From the IMG/VR virus record IMGVR_UViG_3300017766_001285, positions 1 to 33,581 of that record: a DNA stretch of 33,581 nucleotides, one strand, 5' to 3'. Under the pieces are notes generated by a model that worked only from the letters and a program-made list of their open reading frames with translations, searched no databases and was not told the origin of the DNA. The DNA is from a virus. Its lineage: Duplodnaviria > Caudoviricetes. A program made the position numbers and the translations under genes. Shown here one piece after another: positions 1 through 7,742 of this stretch (within the stretch, counting starts at the first letter, position 1; each line of letters opens with the position of its first letter).

Positions 1-123
1 CACCGATGCTCAAATAATCAAAGCCTTTGGTCAAGCGGGGAATCCCGACAATTTCACTATAATTCAACTTCCTTATCCAATGCGGATAGCTTGGGATTTA
101 AAAACCCAAGTACATAAAATGCA
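1..123. repeat. Terminal direct repeat, left copy (circular-assembly overlap)
   Basis: 1-123 (caccgatgct...cataaaatgca) is identical to 33459-33581. Confidence 0.97.
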
Positions 124-460
124 GTGCCACGAACTTGCTGAACATCGTTTCCTATCTGTATTTAATGATTTACTAACCCATTACGGCTTGGCTGAACTCC
201 AAAGGTTGAACATTGATATCTTTGGTGGATGCTTAAATGTTCGGTTAATGAGAGGCTCTAAAACTAAATGGAGTAGGCATAGCTGGGCGATAGCGATTGA
301 TTTAGCACCGCAGTTTAATCAACTTAAATGGGGAGCGGATAAGGCTTTATTTGCCAAACCAGAATACAAACCAATGCACGATATTTTCTATAAATATGGA
401 TTTGAAAACTATGGGATTGAGAAGGGATACGATTTCCAACACTACGAACTTGTAAAATAA
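1..460 (+). CDS. Endolysin, M15-family Zn peptidase; 3' part (true start at 33448 across the junction, 156 aa)
   Basis: SRHSWAIAID (SxHxxxxAxD) plus C-terminal DFQHYE; upstream R in 'LNVRLMRG'; follows holin/spanin genes on the circle. Confidence 0.88.
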   Translation, partial: TDAQIIKAFGQAGNPDNFTIIQLPYPMRIAWDLKTQVHKMQCHELAEHRFLSVFNDLLTHYGLAELQRLNIDIFGGCLNVRLMRGSKTKWSRHSWAIAIDLAPQFNQLKWGADKALFAKPEYKPMHDIFYKYGFENYGIEKGYDFQHYELVK

Positions 461-482
461 CGCAACCAATCTACCTACTTAT

Positions 483-1208
483 ATGAAACGAAAGCGGCTT
501 TACTTCGATATTGAGGTATCAGCAAATATCGGAATGTTTTGGGAATCCGGATATAAACTAAATATCGGTCCAGAAAATATTATCAAAGAACGAGCAATCA
601 TTTGTATTTGCTACAAATGGGAAGGCGAAAAGAAAGTTCACTTTTTAAGATGGGATAAAAACCAATGCGACAAAAAACTGCTACAAGAATTTATTAAAGT
701 CGCTAACGATGCTCACGAACTTATAGGGCATAACTCCGATATGTTCGACCTACCTTGGATTCGGACAAGGTGTCTTTTCCATAATATTGATATGTTCCCG
801 ACATATACAACTATTGATACTTTTAAAATCTCCAAGAATAAGTTTAAATTCAATTCCAATAAACTTGATTACATAGCCAAGTTTTTAGGGGTAGGTGCAA
901 AGATTAAAACGGATTATTCTCTTTGGAAGGATATCCTTTTAAAGAATTGCGAAACTGCTATGAAGAAAATGATTCGCTATTGTATGCAAGATGTATTGAT
1001 TCTTGAGAAGGTGCATCAGAAGTTAAAGGCTCACGATACGATTAAAACGCATTTTGGAGTGGTTAAAAACGATGATAGAGGTTCTTGTCCGGAATGTGGT
1101 AGTCATAAAATAAACCGCCAGAGGATAAGGATAATGGCTTCTGGTTTAAAGAAGGCTCAATACAAGTGTACCGATTGCGGGAGATATCACGATAAAACAA
1201 TAAAATGA
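483..1208 (+). CDS. YprB/RNase_H_2-like DEDDy 3'-5' exonuclease with C-terminal Zn ribbon
   Basis: ExoI FDIE, ExoII GHNSDMFD, ExoIII YCMQDV; CPECG...CTDCG. Confidence 0.85.
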   Translation: MKRKRLYFDIEVSANIGMFWESGYKLNIGPENIIKERAIICICYKWEGEKKVHFLRWDKNQCDKKLLQEFIKVANDAHELIGHNSDMFDLPWIRTRCLFHNIDMFPTYTTIDTFKISKNKFKFNSNKLDYIAKFLGVGAKIKTDYSLWKDILLKNCETAMKKMIRYCMQDVLILEKVHQKLKAHDTIKTHFGVVKNDDRGSCPECGSHKINRQRIRIMASGLKKAQYKCTDCGRYHDKTIK

Positions 1209-1483
1209 GTAAACTACTTGACCAACTTATTTCGGAGTTTCAAAGCCGAGAAGAACGAGGTTTCTTAAAATATGGTACTACAATGGATAGAGAAGACCTA
1301 TCTTTGAATGAATGGATTCAACACGCTCTTGAGGAGAGTATGGATTTATGTCTTTACTTAAATAAAATAAAACAACAACTAAATGACACACAAAGATTTC
1401 CCGATTATCAAGAAGCAGATTCAAGAATTAGTGAAAGTATTAACACCGGTGGAGAGGCTTCAGTTACTCGAACCCCTTTGTGA
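1205..1483 (+). CDS. Small all-alpha protein, possibly MazG-like NTP pyrophosphohydrolase
   Basis: RGFLKYGTT...WIQHALEESMDLCLY with an EExxD acidic motif. Confidence 0.5.
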   Translation: MSKLLDQLISEFQSREERGFLKYGTTMDREDLSLNEWIQHALEESMDLCLYLNKIKQQLNDTQRFPDYQEADSRISESINTGGEASVTRTPL

Positions 1484-1577
1484 TAAATACCGAAAGCAAT
1501 CAAGAGCGGAAGTGGAAAAAGATATTATTGAGTTTTCTCGTAGGAAAGGAATACCAAGAATTAAAACAGATTACTAA
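1383..1577 (+). CDS. Hypothetical protein
   Basis: A-rich leader; TAATG coupling to the next ORF. Confidence 0.6.
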   Translation: MTHKDFPIIKKQIQELVKVLTPVERLQLLEPLCDKYRKQSRAEVEKDIIEFSRRKGIPRIKTDY

Positions 1578-1810
1578 TGGAAGAAACAGTTGATTTACCA
1601 TTAAGTTTAACACCACACGAAGATATCGCTGCGTGTACCAATGCTATCAATGCGTTGAGTGAATTTGATTATGGTATGATGGATGAAGAAGAAAAAGATA
1701 TTTATAGGCAAATAAAATTGATGGCTCTTTATACTATTCATATTGGAATAAAGGAAATCTATACCGCAAATTTTTATGGAGAAGAAGATACATCAAGTAG
1801 TACATCGTAA
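1577..1810 (+). CDS. Hypothetical acidic protein
   Basis: Translationally coupled ORF. Confidence 0.6.
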   Translation: MEETVDLPLSLTPHEDIAACTNAINALSEFDYGMMDEEEKDIYRQIKLMALYTIHIGIKEIYTANFYGEEDTSSSTS

Positions 1811-2027
1811 GCTAGGCAAGGAACAGGCTTATGGTATTGCGTACACCGATGAGAATAAAATGGAAATTGATTCTCGTTTGAGAGGGTATAGATATCTTCT
1901 TTATTTACTACACGAACACTTTCACTTAAAGCATCCGGATTGGTCGGAAACAAAGGTTAGAAAAGAATCCAGCGTTACGGCTCGTTTCCTTTGGCAAATG
2001 GGATTTAGATTGGTAGAATTAAAGTGA
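1776..2027 (+). CDS. Small HExxH (zincin-like) protein
   Basis: LLHEHFH motif preceded by IDSRL and followed by a downstream E. Confidence 0.6.
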   Translation: MEKKIHQVVHRKLGKEQAYGIAYTDENKMEIDSRLRGYRYLLYLLHEHFHLKHPDWSETKVRKESSVTARFLWQMGFRLVELK

Positions 2028-2219
2028 ATACAAGTCATCATAATATTCTTTGCCTATTCTATTTTCGTCATCGCAACCATTATTAAATGCATCTATTATT
2101 TGTTCCTTTTCCATTTCTTTAGCTCTTTTAAAATGTTCTTGAATCTTCCATAATGAGCTATTCATCTTTTTATTAAAATAAATATTAAGCCTTTTTTCTA
2201 ACCATTCTACTGCTGTCAT
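2019..2219 (-). CDS. Hypothetical protein (MTAVEWL...AKEMEKEQIIDA type); likely start 2219
   Basis: ATG at 2219 has an A-rich leader; sequence type recurrent in aquatic Bacteroidota phages (recalled, not searched). Confidence 0.65.
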   Translation of the reverse strand: MTAVEWLEKRLNIYFNKKMNSSLWKIQEHFKRAKEMEKEQIIDAFNNGCDDENRIGKEYYDDLYSL

Positions 2220-2230
2220 ATTATTTGTTT

Positions 2231-2437
2231 TTAAAATGATTTTCTTGATACGATAGTTTTCTTGAAATAAATATCTTTCCAATTTTCTCTACCTATAAAC
2301 AAGTTATAGAAACTTTCTGGGTTTAAATAAATACTTGCATTCTTTTTAGTGCAAGATTTACATTGATTTCTGAGGTAGCCTTCGGTTAAATTAAACTCCG
2401 TTTCGAGTTTATTCTTTTTGCAATCTTTACAAATCAT
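2231..2437 (-). CDS. Small Zn-binding protein
   Basis: CKDC...CKSC. Confidence 0.6.
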   Translation of the reverse strand: MICKDCKKNKLETEFNLTEGYLRNQCKSCTKKNASIYLNPESFYNLFIGRENWKDIYFKKTIVSRKSF

Positions 2438-2760
2438 TTCTTTAATATTGAATATATTACTAACATAAGTTCAGCAAGTGGTTTCTTCTGGTCATCTTTT
2501 ACGTTTTGCCTATTTGCCCATTCAGTAAAGTCCTTTCCTAATAATAAACATTCATCAAACGCACCTATGTATTTATAGGTGTAAACAATCCAATTGCAAC
2601 ACATTCTAATTCCTTTGTGCTTTACATAACAATTAATAAAGTTGCGAGGATTCTTTTCATACTCTCTAGCATAGGTTAAACTTAACTCCACAAAAGAGTT
2701 ATTAACTATCTCATTGAATACATCAAGTCGGTCTTTAGCTGATAAATCTTTCCAAGTCAT
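2434..2760 (-). CDS. Hypothetical protein
   Basis: ATGA overlaps on both sides. Confidence 0.65.
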   Translation of the reverse strand: MTWKDLSAKDRLDVFNEIVNNSFVELSLTYAREYEKNPRNFINCYVKHKGIRMCCNWIVYTYKYIGAFDECLLLGKDFTEWANRQNVKDDQKKPLAELMLVIYSILKK

Positions 2761-3299
2761 TTTTCGTTCTTTATAAAATAAATATAACTAAAACCTTTTT
2801 TCTTTTGCTCCTGGAAGTAATCGTTTAGAATCATTTGCTTCGCTTCATCAACTTTATCTTGGTAGTATTTAAGATAGGCATTCATCTGTATTTTACCATC
2901 CACCATTAATCTATCGTAGATATGTGGGTGCATTTCTTTTGTAGATACTCCATTTAAATAAGCGGTATAGCCTTTGTTTACTTCCTTATTCCAATCCTCT
3001 TGTTTCTCTGGATATCGTTGGTCATATATTGTAATATCTGGAGTAAGTATCGGAGTTTCGTAGTAGGAGCGTTGATTGCCTTTTCTATTTGTGTAAGTAC
3101 GAACCCAATCTAAAAGTGTTTCGGGGTCTGCTGAATACACTTTACCGAAATCCCCAGTTATACCTTGCTCAAAGATATTGACAAGTTCGTTCAAAGATAT
3201 TTCTGGGTAACGCTTTTTTACAACCTTCATTACAAGTTCTTCCGATTCATCGGATACTTTTTTGAATTGTCTTAAATACTCAAATGCGGGGTTGTTCAT
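2757..3299 (-). CDS. Hypothetical protein, possible helicase loader/replication accessory
   Basis: Position downstream of the initiator-like gene; helical sequence; function is inference only. Confidence 0.45.
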   Translation of the reverse strand: MNNPAFEYLRQFKKVSDESEELVMKVVKKRYPEISLNELVNIFEQGITGDFGKVYSADPETLLDWVRTYTNRKGNQRSYYETPILTPDITIYDQRYPEKQEDWNKEVNKGYTAYLNGVSTKEMHPHIYDRLMVDGKIQMNAYLKYYQDKVDEAKQMILNDYFQEQKKKGFSYIYFIKNEK

Positions 3300-3448
3300 T
3301 TTGATTTGTGCTTTATTGGTTGTTTATATTTTTCATCATTAACAAATCCACCTTTATCCCAATTCTTTATTGGTTGTTCTTTTTCGGGATATTTTTCATA
3401 GATTTCTTTTATCTTATCATATAAAGATTTTTTCTTTTTCTTCTTCAT
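3296..3448 (-). CDS. Small basic hypothetical protein (50 aa, MKKKKKKSLYDKIKEIYEKYPEKEQPIK...), absent from the ORF track
   Basis: Fills the gap exactly with ATGA overlaps at both ends. Confidence 0.65.
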   Translation of the reverse strand: MKKKKKKSLYDKIKEIYEKYPEKEQPIKNWDKGGFVNDEKYKQPIKHKSK

Positions 3449-4065
3449 AGTTCAGATAGTTTTTTGTTTCCTAAGATAGAAAGTTTTTGTTTGATTGATT
3501 CCTTTGAAGGCTCTATTTTGGTTCGTGCTATCCATCCACTAACAGAATGCCTCCAAGATTTCATTTTGTTTTTACCTACAAACCATCCAACACTTTCGTA
3601 GTAATCAATAAATCGTTTGGCTTGATACGAGGCGGTTTTTTCATCCCACTTATTTAACATCTCTTCCTTTACTTGTTCTTCCGTTGGCTTATTAAATCCC
3701 TTACCTTGTACTTCTTTGGTTTGATAATCTACATCATACTTGGAAAGCAAATCTATAACTTTTCTATGAATAGGACTTGATGGGTTTAACTCTGTTCCGT
3801 ATTGAAACTTTACAAAGTCAATGCATAATATTTTCCCATCTGATAACCGCTCAAACTGATTTCCGTTATCTACATTTAAAAGCATTTCTTCATCTACTTT
3901 GCTTCCGATTACATAAGTTGCTAAGGTAAAGTTAGGCTTCCAGATACCAGCTAAATCGCATTTATCCCTTACGTATTTAACCAAACACTTCTCTGTTGGA
4001 GTGCAAGACATAAACCATTCTTTCTCCCAGATATCTGTATCAACGAATCGTTTTGGCATTTTCAT
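3445..4065 (-). CDS. Replication initiator-like protein
   Basis: N-terminal KRFVDTDIWEKEWF...CDLAGIW domain and C-terminal FNKPT...FIDYYESVGWFVGKNKMKSW domain typical of phage replisome organisers. Confidence 0.65.
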   Translation of the reverse strand: MKMPKRFVDTDIWEKEWFMSCTPTEKCLVKYVRDKCDLAGIWKPNFTLATYVIGSKVDEEMLLNVDNGNQFERLSDGKILCIDFVKFQYGTELNPSSPIHRKVIDLLSKYDVDYQTKEVQGKGFNKPTEEQVKEEMLNKWDEKTASYQAKRFIDYYESVGWFVGKNKMKSWRHSVSGWIARTKIEPSKESIKQKLSILGNKKLSEL

Positions 4066-4495
4066 AGTATTTTAAATTGCTTAAAAAATCAATATCGCTC
4101 TCGTATCTTACAAAGGGTACTTCGTGTAAAATTAACCTTTTAACATCAGTATTGATACCAATTTGTTTAGCATATTCTTTTACTTTTTCATAGTAAGGAT
4201 AAAAATAAAAGTCCTTTGTTTTAATGTAGTATTCAATTGTTTTGCGTTGGCTAGATAATGGGGAGTGGTCAGAATAGCCAACCATTGAGGCTACTTCTTT
4301 TATTCTTAACGGAAAGTGCATAAAGATAAAATAGGAAAGTGCTTGTCTTATTGAGGCTAGGCTAACATCTTTGCCTTTTCTTGATACTGACCTATTAGGA
4401 AAGCCAGATTTTTTTTTCTTCAAATCTTTCATTGTGATTCCGTATTCCTCACAAATCATTTCAATTAGTTGTGTTGCTTGTTCGTGTTTGTTCAT
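4040..4495 (-). CDS. DnaA C-terminal (domain IV)-like HTH protein
   Basis: IRQALSYF...IKEVASMVGYSDHS resembles DnaA RQxAMYL...IGxxFGGRDHT. Confidence 0.7.
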   Translation of the reverse strand: MNKHEQATQLIEMICEEYGITMKDLKKKKSGFPNRSVSRKGKDVSLASIRQALSYFIFMHFPLRIKEVASMVGYSDHSPLSSQRKTIEYYIKTKDFYFYPYYEKVKEYAKQIGINTDVKRLILHEVPFVRYESDIDFLSNLKYYENAKTIR

Positions 4496-4845
4496 AGTAT
4501 TATTTTGATTGGTATTAAAACTCCATAGGATGTATTATTATCGCCACCTTTAACGAAGCCTTCTATTTGATAAACGATGCTACAAAGTTCTTTTAATTTT
4601 TCCGTATTAACAATGAGAGAATAGGATTTTTCTTTAATTAAAAATATCCAGTAGTTTGCTTGAGTGGTAGATATTCCCGATGCTTTGCCTCTTGAGTAAA
4701 CTTCGATAAATAAATTCCCTGTTAAGTGAGCCATTCTGTCAAACTTTACTTCGACCTTTGTGCCATCTGAGAATACTTGTTTTACCCAATCTTCGGCTTT
4801 CTCTCCAAAATCTAAATCGTAGTAAAAGCTATTTGAGTGTTTCAT
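4492..4845 (-). CDS. PD-(D/E)XK-like nuclease-fold protein
   Basis: GEKAE...VEVKFD...TGNLFIE. Confidence 0.55.
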   Translation of the reverse strand: MKHSNSFYYDLDFGEKAEDWVKQVFSDGTKVEVKFDRMAHLTGNLFIEVYSRGKASGISTTQANYWIFLIKEKSYSLIVNTEKLKELCSIVYQIEGFVKGGDNNTSYGVLIPIKIIL

Positions 4846-5216
4846 TTGTAGGTTTCTATTATGATTTCCAATTCATCCCTTGACCATTTCTTTGTTCGTT
4901 GTTCGGCTTCAGCTTCCAATCTCAAAACAAATTCTTCGCCATACCTTTTAACCAATCCTTGTCGGTATTTAATTAAGTTACCAGATAGATACATATTGCA
5001 GCGAATACATTGTCCGTTGGTGTTAAAATAACCTATATCGTGGGGTAAAGCAAATCGCAATGCAGAGTGTTGACCTTGTGAAAAGTAATGCCCTGCTTGT
5101 TGTACTTCTGCTCCACAACTTATACAACCAAGTTCTTTGTCTCGCTCTCGGATATGAGCGTTGAATTTGTCTTGAGCCTTCTTTAGTAATTTCGGAAGGG
5201 GAATTAGTTTAGCCAT
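4842..5216 (-). CDS. ninG: NinG/Rap recombination endonuclease
   Basis: AQDKFNAHIRERD, CISCG, AGHY, NGQCIRCN, SGNLIKYRQGL. Confidence 0.9.
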   Translation of the reverse strand: MAKLIPLPKLLKKAQDKFNAHIRERDKELGCISCGAEVQQAGHYFSQGQHSALRFALPHDIGYFNTNGQCIRCNMYLSGNLIKYRQGLVKRYGEEFVLRLEAEAEQRTKKWSRDELEIIIETYK

Positions 5217-5497
5217 TAGAACGGAAGGTCGTTTGGTGGAGTGTTATCGTGAGTAAATTTCGTGTTCGGCTTTTGCTTAAATTCAGATTCCTCTGGCTTC
5301 CACGTATCAATTGAAATTGAAACATCTTTGCCGTATTGGTCTGGCTCTGCCTTTACGTTAATGTTTACTTTGATAAATCGGCTACCCTTATACTCTTGGA
5401 TATGTTCTTTTATTTTGTCCAAGTTAATAGAGGCTTGTAGCCAAGTGTCTGATTTTTTCTTACCGCTTCCGCAGTAGATTTTTGGTTGTTTGTCCAT
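5216..5497 (-). CDS. Putative single-stranded DNA-binding protein
   Basis: Short beta-rich body with C-terminal DLPF tail, in the recombination cluster. Confidence 0.6.
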   Translation of the reverse strand: MDKQPKIYCGSGKKKSDTWLQASINLDKIKEHIQEYKGSRFIKVNINVKAEPDQYGKDVSISIDTWKPEESEFKQKPNTKFTHDNTPPNDLPF

Positions 5498-5502
5498 TGT
5501 GT

Positions 5503-5712
5503 TTAGATTGTTTCGTAAATTAATTCTTTTTTGTCGGGTAATCCTTCTTCTTCGATGTGTTTAGCGAATGTAAGTGCTTTTTTGTAAACTGCATCCTCGT
5601 TTTCTAATTCAAAAGGGAATGCTTTGATGTAACTTTCAAATTCCTCTTTGACTTCATAAACGCAGTACATTTTGTGCTGAAGGGTAACTTCTCGGTAAAT
5701 TTTTAGTTTCAT
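5503..5712 (-). CDS. Hypothetical protein (69 aa, MKLKIYRE...); likely start 5712
   Basis: A-rich leader before ATG 5712; the longer tracked start runs through the tRNA-like element. Confidence 0.65.
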   Translation of the reverse strand: MKLKIYREVTLQHKMYCVYEVKEEFESYIKAFPFELENEDAVYKKALTFAKHIEEEGLPDKKELIYETI

Positions 5713-5730
5713 AGTTTTAAATTTGATTCG

Positions 5731-5799
5731 AAGTCGGTAAGAGATTCGAACTCTCATTCTCTGCCAAGGCAAATGTGTTACCAATTACACCAACCGACT
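5731..5799 (-). ncRNA. tRNA-like RNA lacking a canonical anticodon loop
   Basis: Minus strand: AGTCGGT-TG-GTGT AATTGGTA ACAC-A-TTTGC CTTG GCAGA-GAAT-GAGAG TTCGAAT CTCTT-ACCGACT-T; acceptor, D and T arms intact; anticodon loop only 4 nt; no encoded CCA. Confidence 0.8.
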
Positions 5800-5805
5800 T
5801 TCCTT

Positions 5806-5946
5806 TTAGCCTTGCATTTGCTTTCTAAATTGCAAAGCCTTACGGAGCGAAGTAAAGTTTTTACTTACTCGGATTCCGTTGGATTGAACTCGTACTCGGT
5901 ACGAATTTCCTTCTCTCTGAATGTTGGAAGGGTTTTTTGCTTTCAT
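5806..5946 (-). CDS. 46-aa basic protein, AP2/integrase-arm-type DNA-binding-like; absent from the ORF track
   Basis: MKAKNPSNIQREGNSYRVRVQSNGIRVSKNFTSLRKALQFRKQMQG; three-strand-plus-helix pattern. Confidence 0.55.
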   Translation of the reverse strand: MKAKNPSNIQREGNSYRVRVQSNGIRVSKNFTSLRKALQFRKQMQG

Positions 5947-5957
5947 ATAACAGGGGT

Positions 5958-6188
5958 TTAGTAAAAGATGCTTCTTATATCGAAATCTGTTTCAATTGCT
6001 TTATCTACTATTTGTTCATCTACCCAATCAGAGCCTTCAATCCATAAAATATTCCAATCGTATTCATCAGCCTCAAAAGGTTCTATCCTACCAACATACA
6101 AACTAAATTCAACTCTTGCCCGAATATCTTCGTATTCTTCGGTTTCTGGATTAAAGACAGTTAAAGTGATGTTTTCGGTTCTGGTCAT
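5958..6188 (-). CDS. Hypothetical acidic protein
   Basis: ATGA coupling with the upstream gene. Confidence 0.65.
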   Translation of the reverse strand: MTRTENITLTVFNPETEEYEDIRARVEFSLYVGRIEPFEADEYDWNILWIEGSDWVDEQIVDKAIETDFDIRSIFY

Positions 6189-6838
6189 TTTATTGTGTTT
6201 TTAAGATGTCTATTAATATCCTTTTGGCTCGGATTTGATATAGCATCAATCCCAACTTGATTCGATAATAAATCTTTTTTAGCCTTTTCATAATCTTCGT
6301 TTGTTAAGATTCCAGTAATACGAATATACAACTTCTCCCGAACCTTGCCTTCGTAAGAAGAGGTATCTAAAAGATTTAATAAGAAATCCCTTCCTTCATC
6401 CCCAACTTCATCTTTAATGAAATCCATTTCCTCGGCAGGGGTTGCTTCGAATCCCGCTGCTTTCATTAGCCAAGCGAGAATGTTTCGGTATGCTTTACCT
6501 ACTGCTCTGGTTTGTGCCATTGAAGCGATTGCGTATTCATCGAATCTTCTCTTGGAGTTTTCTTTGTTAGAACAAACCGCGTATCCTCTGGAAAGTACAA
6601 CCGAATCGGTAAGGCGAATAACTTCAACCATTGCTTCGTACTTTAATTCGGTATCGGTAGAAAGATTCTTTACTTCTCTAACAACTGGGATTAGTCCTAA
6701 TTGAGAACCGGCAAATTGCCAAGCCTCTACAAGTGGATAGTTTTTCCCTTGAATGTTGGCGGTTAGTTTTCGTTCTGTAACGAATGTTTGGAGGGTAGAA
6801 GCAACTTGTAGTGCTTCGTTTGGTTTGGTTAGTTCCAT
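6185..6838 (-). CDS. Putative single-strand annealing protein (Rad52/Sak/Red-beta superfamily-like)
   Basis: IQGKNY...SMAQTRAVGKAYR...TPAEEM; position near SSB-like gene and ninG. Confidence 0.6.
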   Translation of the reverse strand: MELTKPNEALQVASTLQTFVTERKLTANIQGKNYPLVEAWQFAGSQLGLIPVVREVKNLSTDTELKYEAMVEVIRLTDSVVLSRGYAVCSNKENSKRRFDEYAIASMAQTRAVGKAYRNILAWLMKAAGFEATPAEEMDFIKDEVGDEGRDFLLNLLDTSSYEGKVREKLYIRITGILTNEDYEKAKKDLLSNQVGIDAISNPSQKDINRHLKNTIK

Positions 6839-6954
6839 TGTTTAAATTTTTTATATAGTGAATGTACTTCAAAAAATACACATACGGAAATGTAAACTAT
6901 TAGACAAAGAGTTCCGTAAACGAGATAGTGAATTATTTTATCTTTCAGATTCAT
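6829..6954 (-). CDS. 41-aa single-TM protein (MNLKDKIIHYLVYGTLCLIVYISVCVFFEVHSLYKKFKQWN)
   Basis: Open frame with a hydrophobic core; overlaps the start of the next gene. Confidence 0.5.
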   Translation of the reverse strand: MNLKDKIIHYLVYGTLCLIVYISVCVFFEVHSLYKKFKQWN

Positions 6955-6973
6955 AGTAGTAGTTTAAAAAATT

Positions 6974-7082
6974 AGGGGGGCATTTTGACCAAAACCCAGA
7001 TTATTACCCCCCTTTTCGTTTCAGATTAAAGTCCTCAACGAGATGGACTTTTCAGTAGTGAGTAGATATAATTTATCCACTC
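6974..7082 (-). ncRNA. Candidate structured RNA (three tandem hairpins)
   Basis: Stems 7060-7082, 7028-7051 and 6974-7013; non-Watson-Crick positions are G-U pairs on the minus strand. Confidence 0.45.
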
Positions 7083-7092
7083 GTTAAAATCT

Positions 7093-7338
7093 TTAGGCGG
7101 GTTCTTTGGGTAAACTGTTTTCATTGATAAATATTTTTTTTACTTGTTTCATATTAAAGGTCTGTCCTGCTAAAAAGAAAGCCATTGCGATACTTTCTGA
7201 ATCTGCGGAAGGTGGGAACATTACATCAATTGCAATTTTACCATCGTTACTTGCTGAATGAAATTGTGCAGAAAATAATCTATTTTCTTGTAAGAAAAAT
7301 TCTGCTGCTTCTGCCGAGGTGTGGATTCTGATTTTCAT
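7093..7338 (-). CDS. Hypothetical early protein
   Basis: ATGA-coupled ORF. Confidence 0.65.
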   Translation of the reverse strand: MKIRIHTSAEAAEFFLQENRLFSAQFHSASNDGKIAIDVMFPPSADSESIAMAFFLAGQTFNMKQVKKIFINENSLPKEPA

Positions 7339-7742
7339 ATATTTTGGTTTAATTTATAAATTGCGAAATCTGTTTTAATTAATGTTATTAATTCATTAGA
7401 AAGGTTATCTATTTTATTTAAATCCTTAGCTAATTGATATAACCACTTTGAATCTTCTTCATCCCAACTTTCATTCCATTCATCAACTAATTCTTCAAAA
7501 AAACCTTCGTGTCCTGAATATGGAGAATTATAAAAACCTTCTAAATTATCTCCGTTTAACATTAGTACATTAAAGTTTTCATCCGTAAGAAATACGTTTC
7601 CGGAATAAGTATTCATCATAACTTGTACTCCTGTATTTTCAAAATAAGGACATACATTACGATTACGAGAATAGGCAGTTAATAACTTTCCAGCTTCTTC
7701 TCTTTCAATGTTACCAAATTCGGCAAGATTAGTAGTTGTCAT
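7335..7742 (-). CDS. Hypothetical early protein
   Basis: 135-aa ORF coupled on both sides. Confidence 0.7.
   Translation of the reverse strand: MTTTNLAEFGNIEREEAGKLLTAYSRNRNVCPYFENTGVQVMMNTYSGNVFLTDENFNVLMLNGDNLEGFYNSPYSGHEGFFEELVDEWNESWDEEDSKWLYQLAKDLNKIDNLSNELITLIKTDFAIYKLNQNI

Noticed and set aside
1-123. Biological terminal repeat of the virion DNA
   Set aside because: It falls inside coding sequence and has a k-mer-like length; more simply explained as assembler overlap
3311-3378. 14-bp direct repeat ctttattggttgtt
   Set aside because: It encodes QPIK twice in a small ORF; two copies are too few to call iterons
5731-5799. Functional tRNA-Gln, or an attP site
   Set aside because: A 4-nt loop cannot present an anticodon normally, and no integrase is recognisable in the genome
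7014-7057. Hammerhead-like words on the minus strand (CUGAAAAGUCC...GGAC...GAAAC)
   Set aside because: The core needs CUGANGA and GAAA directly after stem II; here it reads CUGAAAA and GGACUUU, and stems I and III cannot be built
7073-7081. DnaA box (TTATCCACT)
   Set aside because: Single mismatched copy, explained as a hairpin arm
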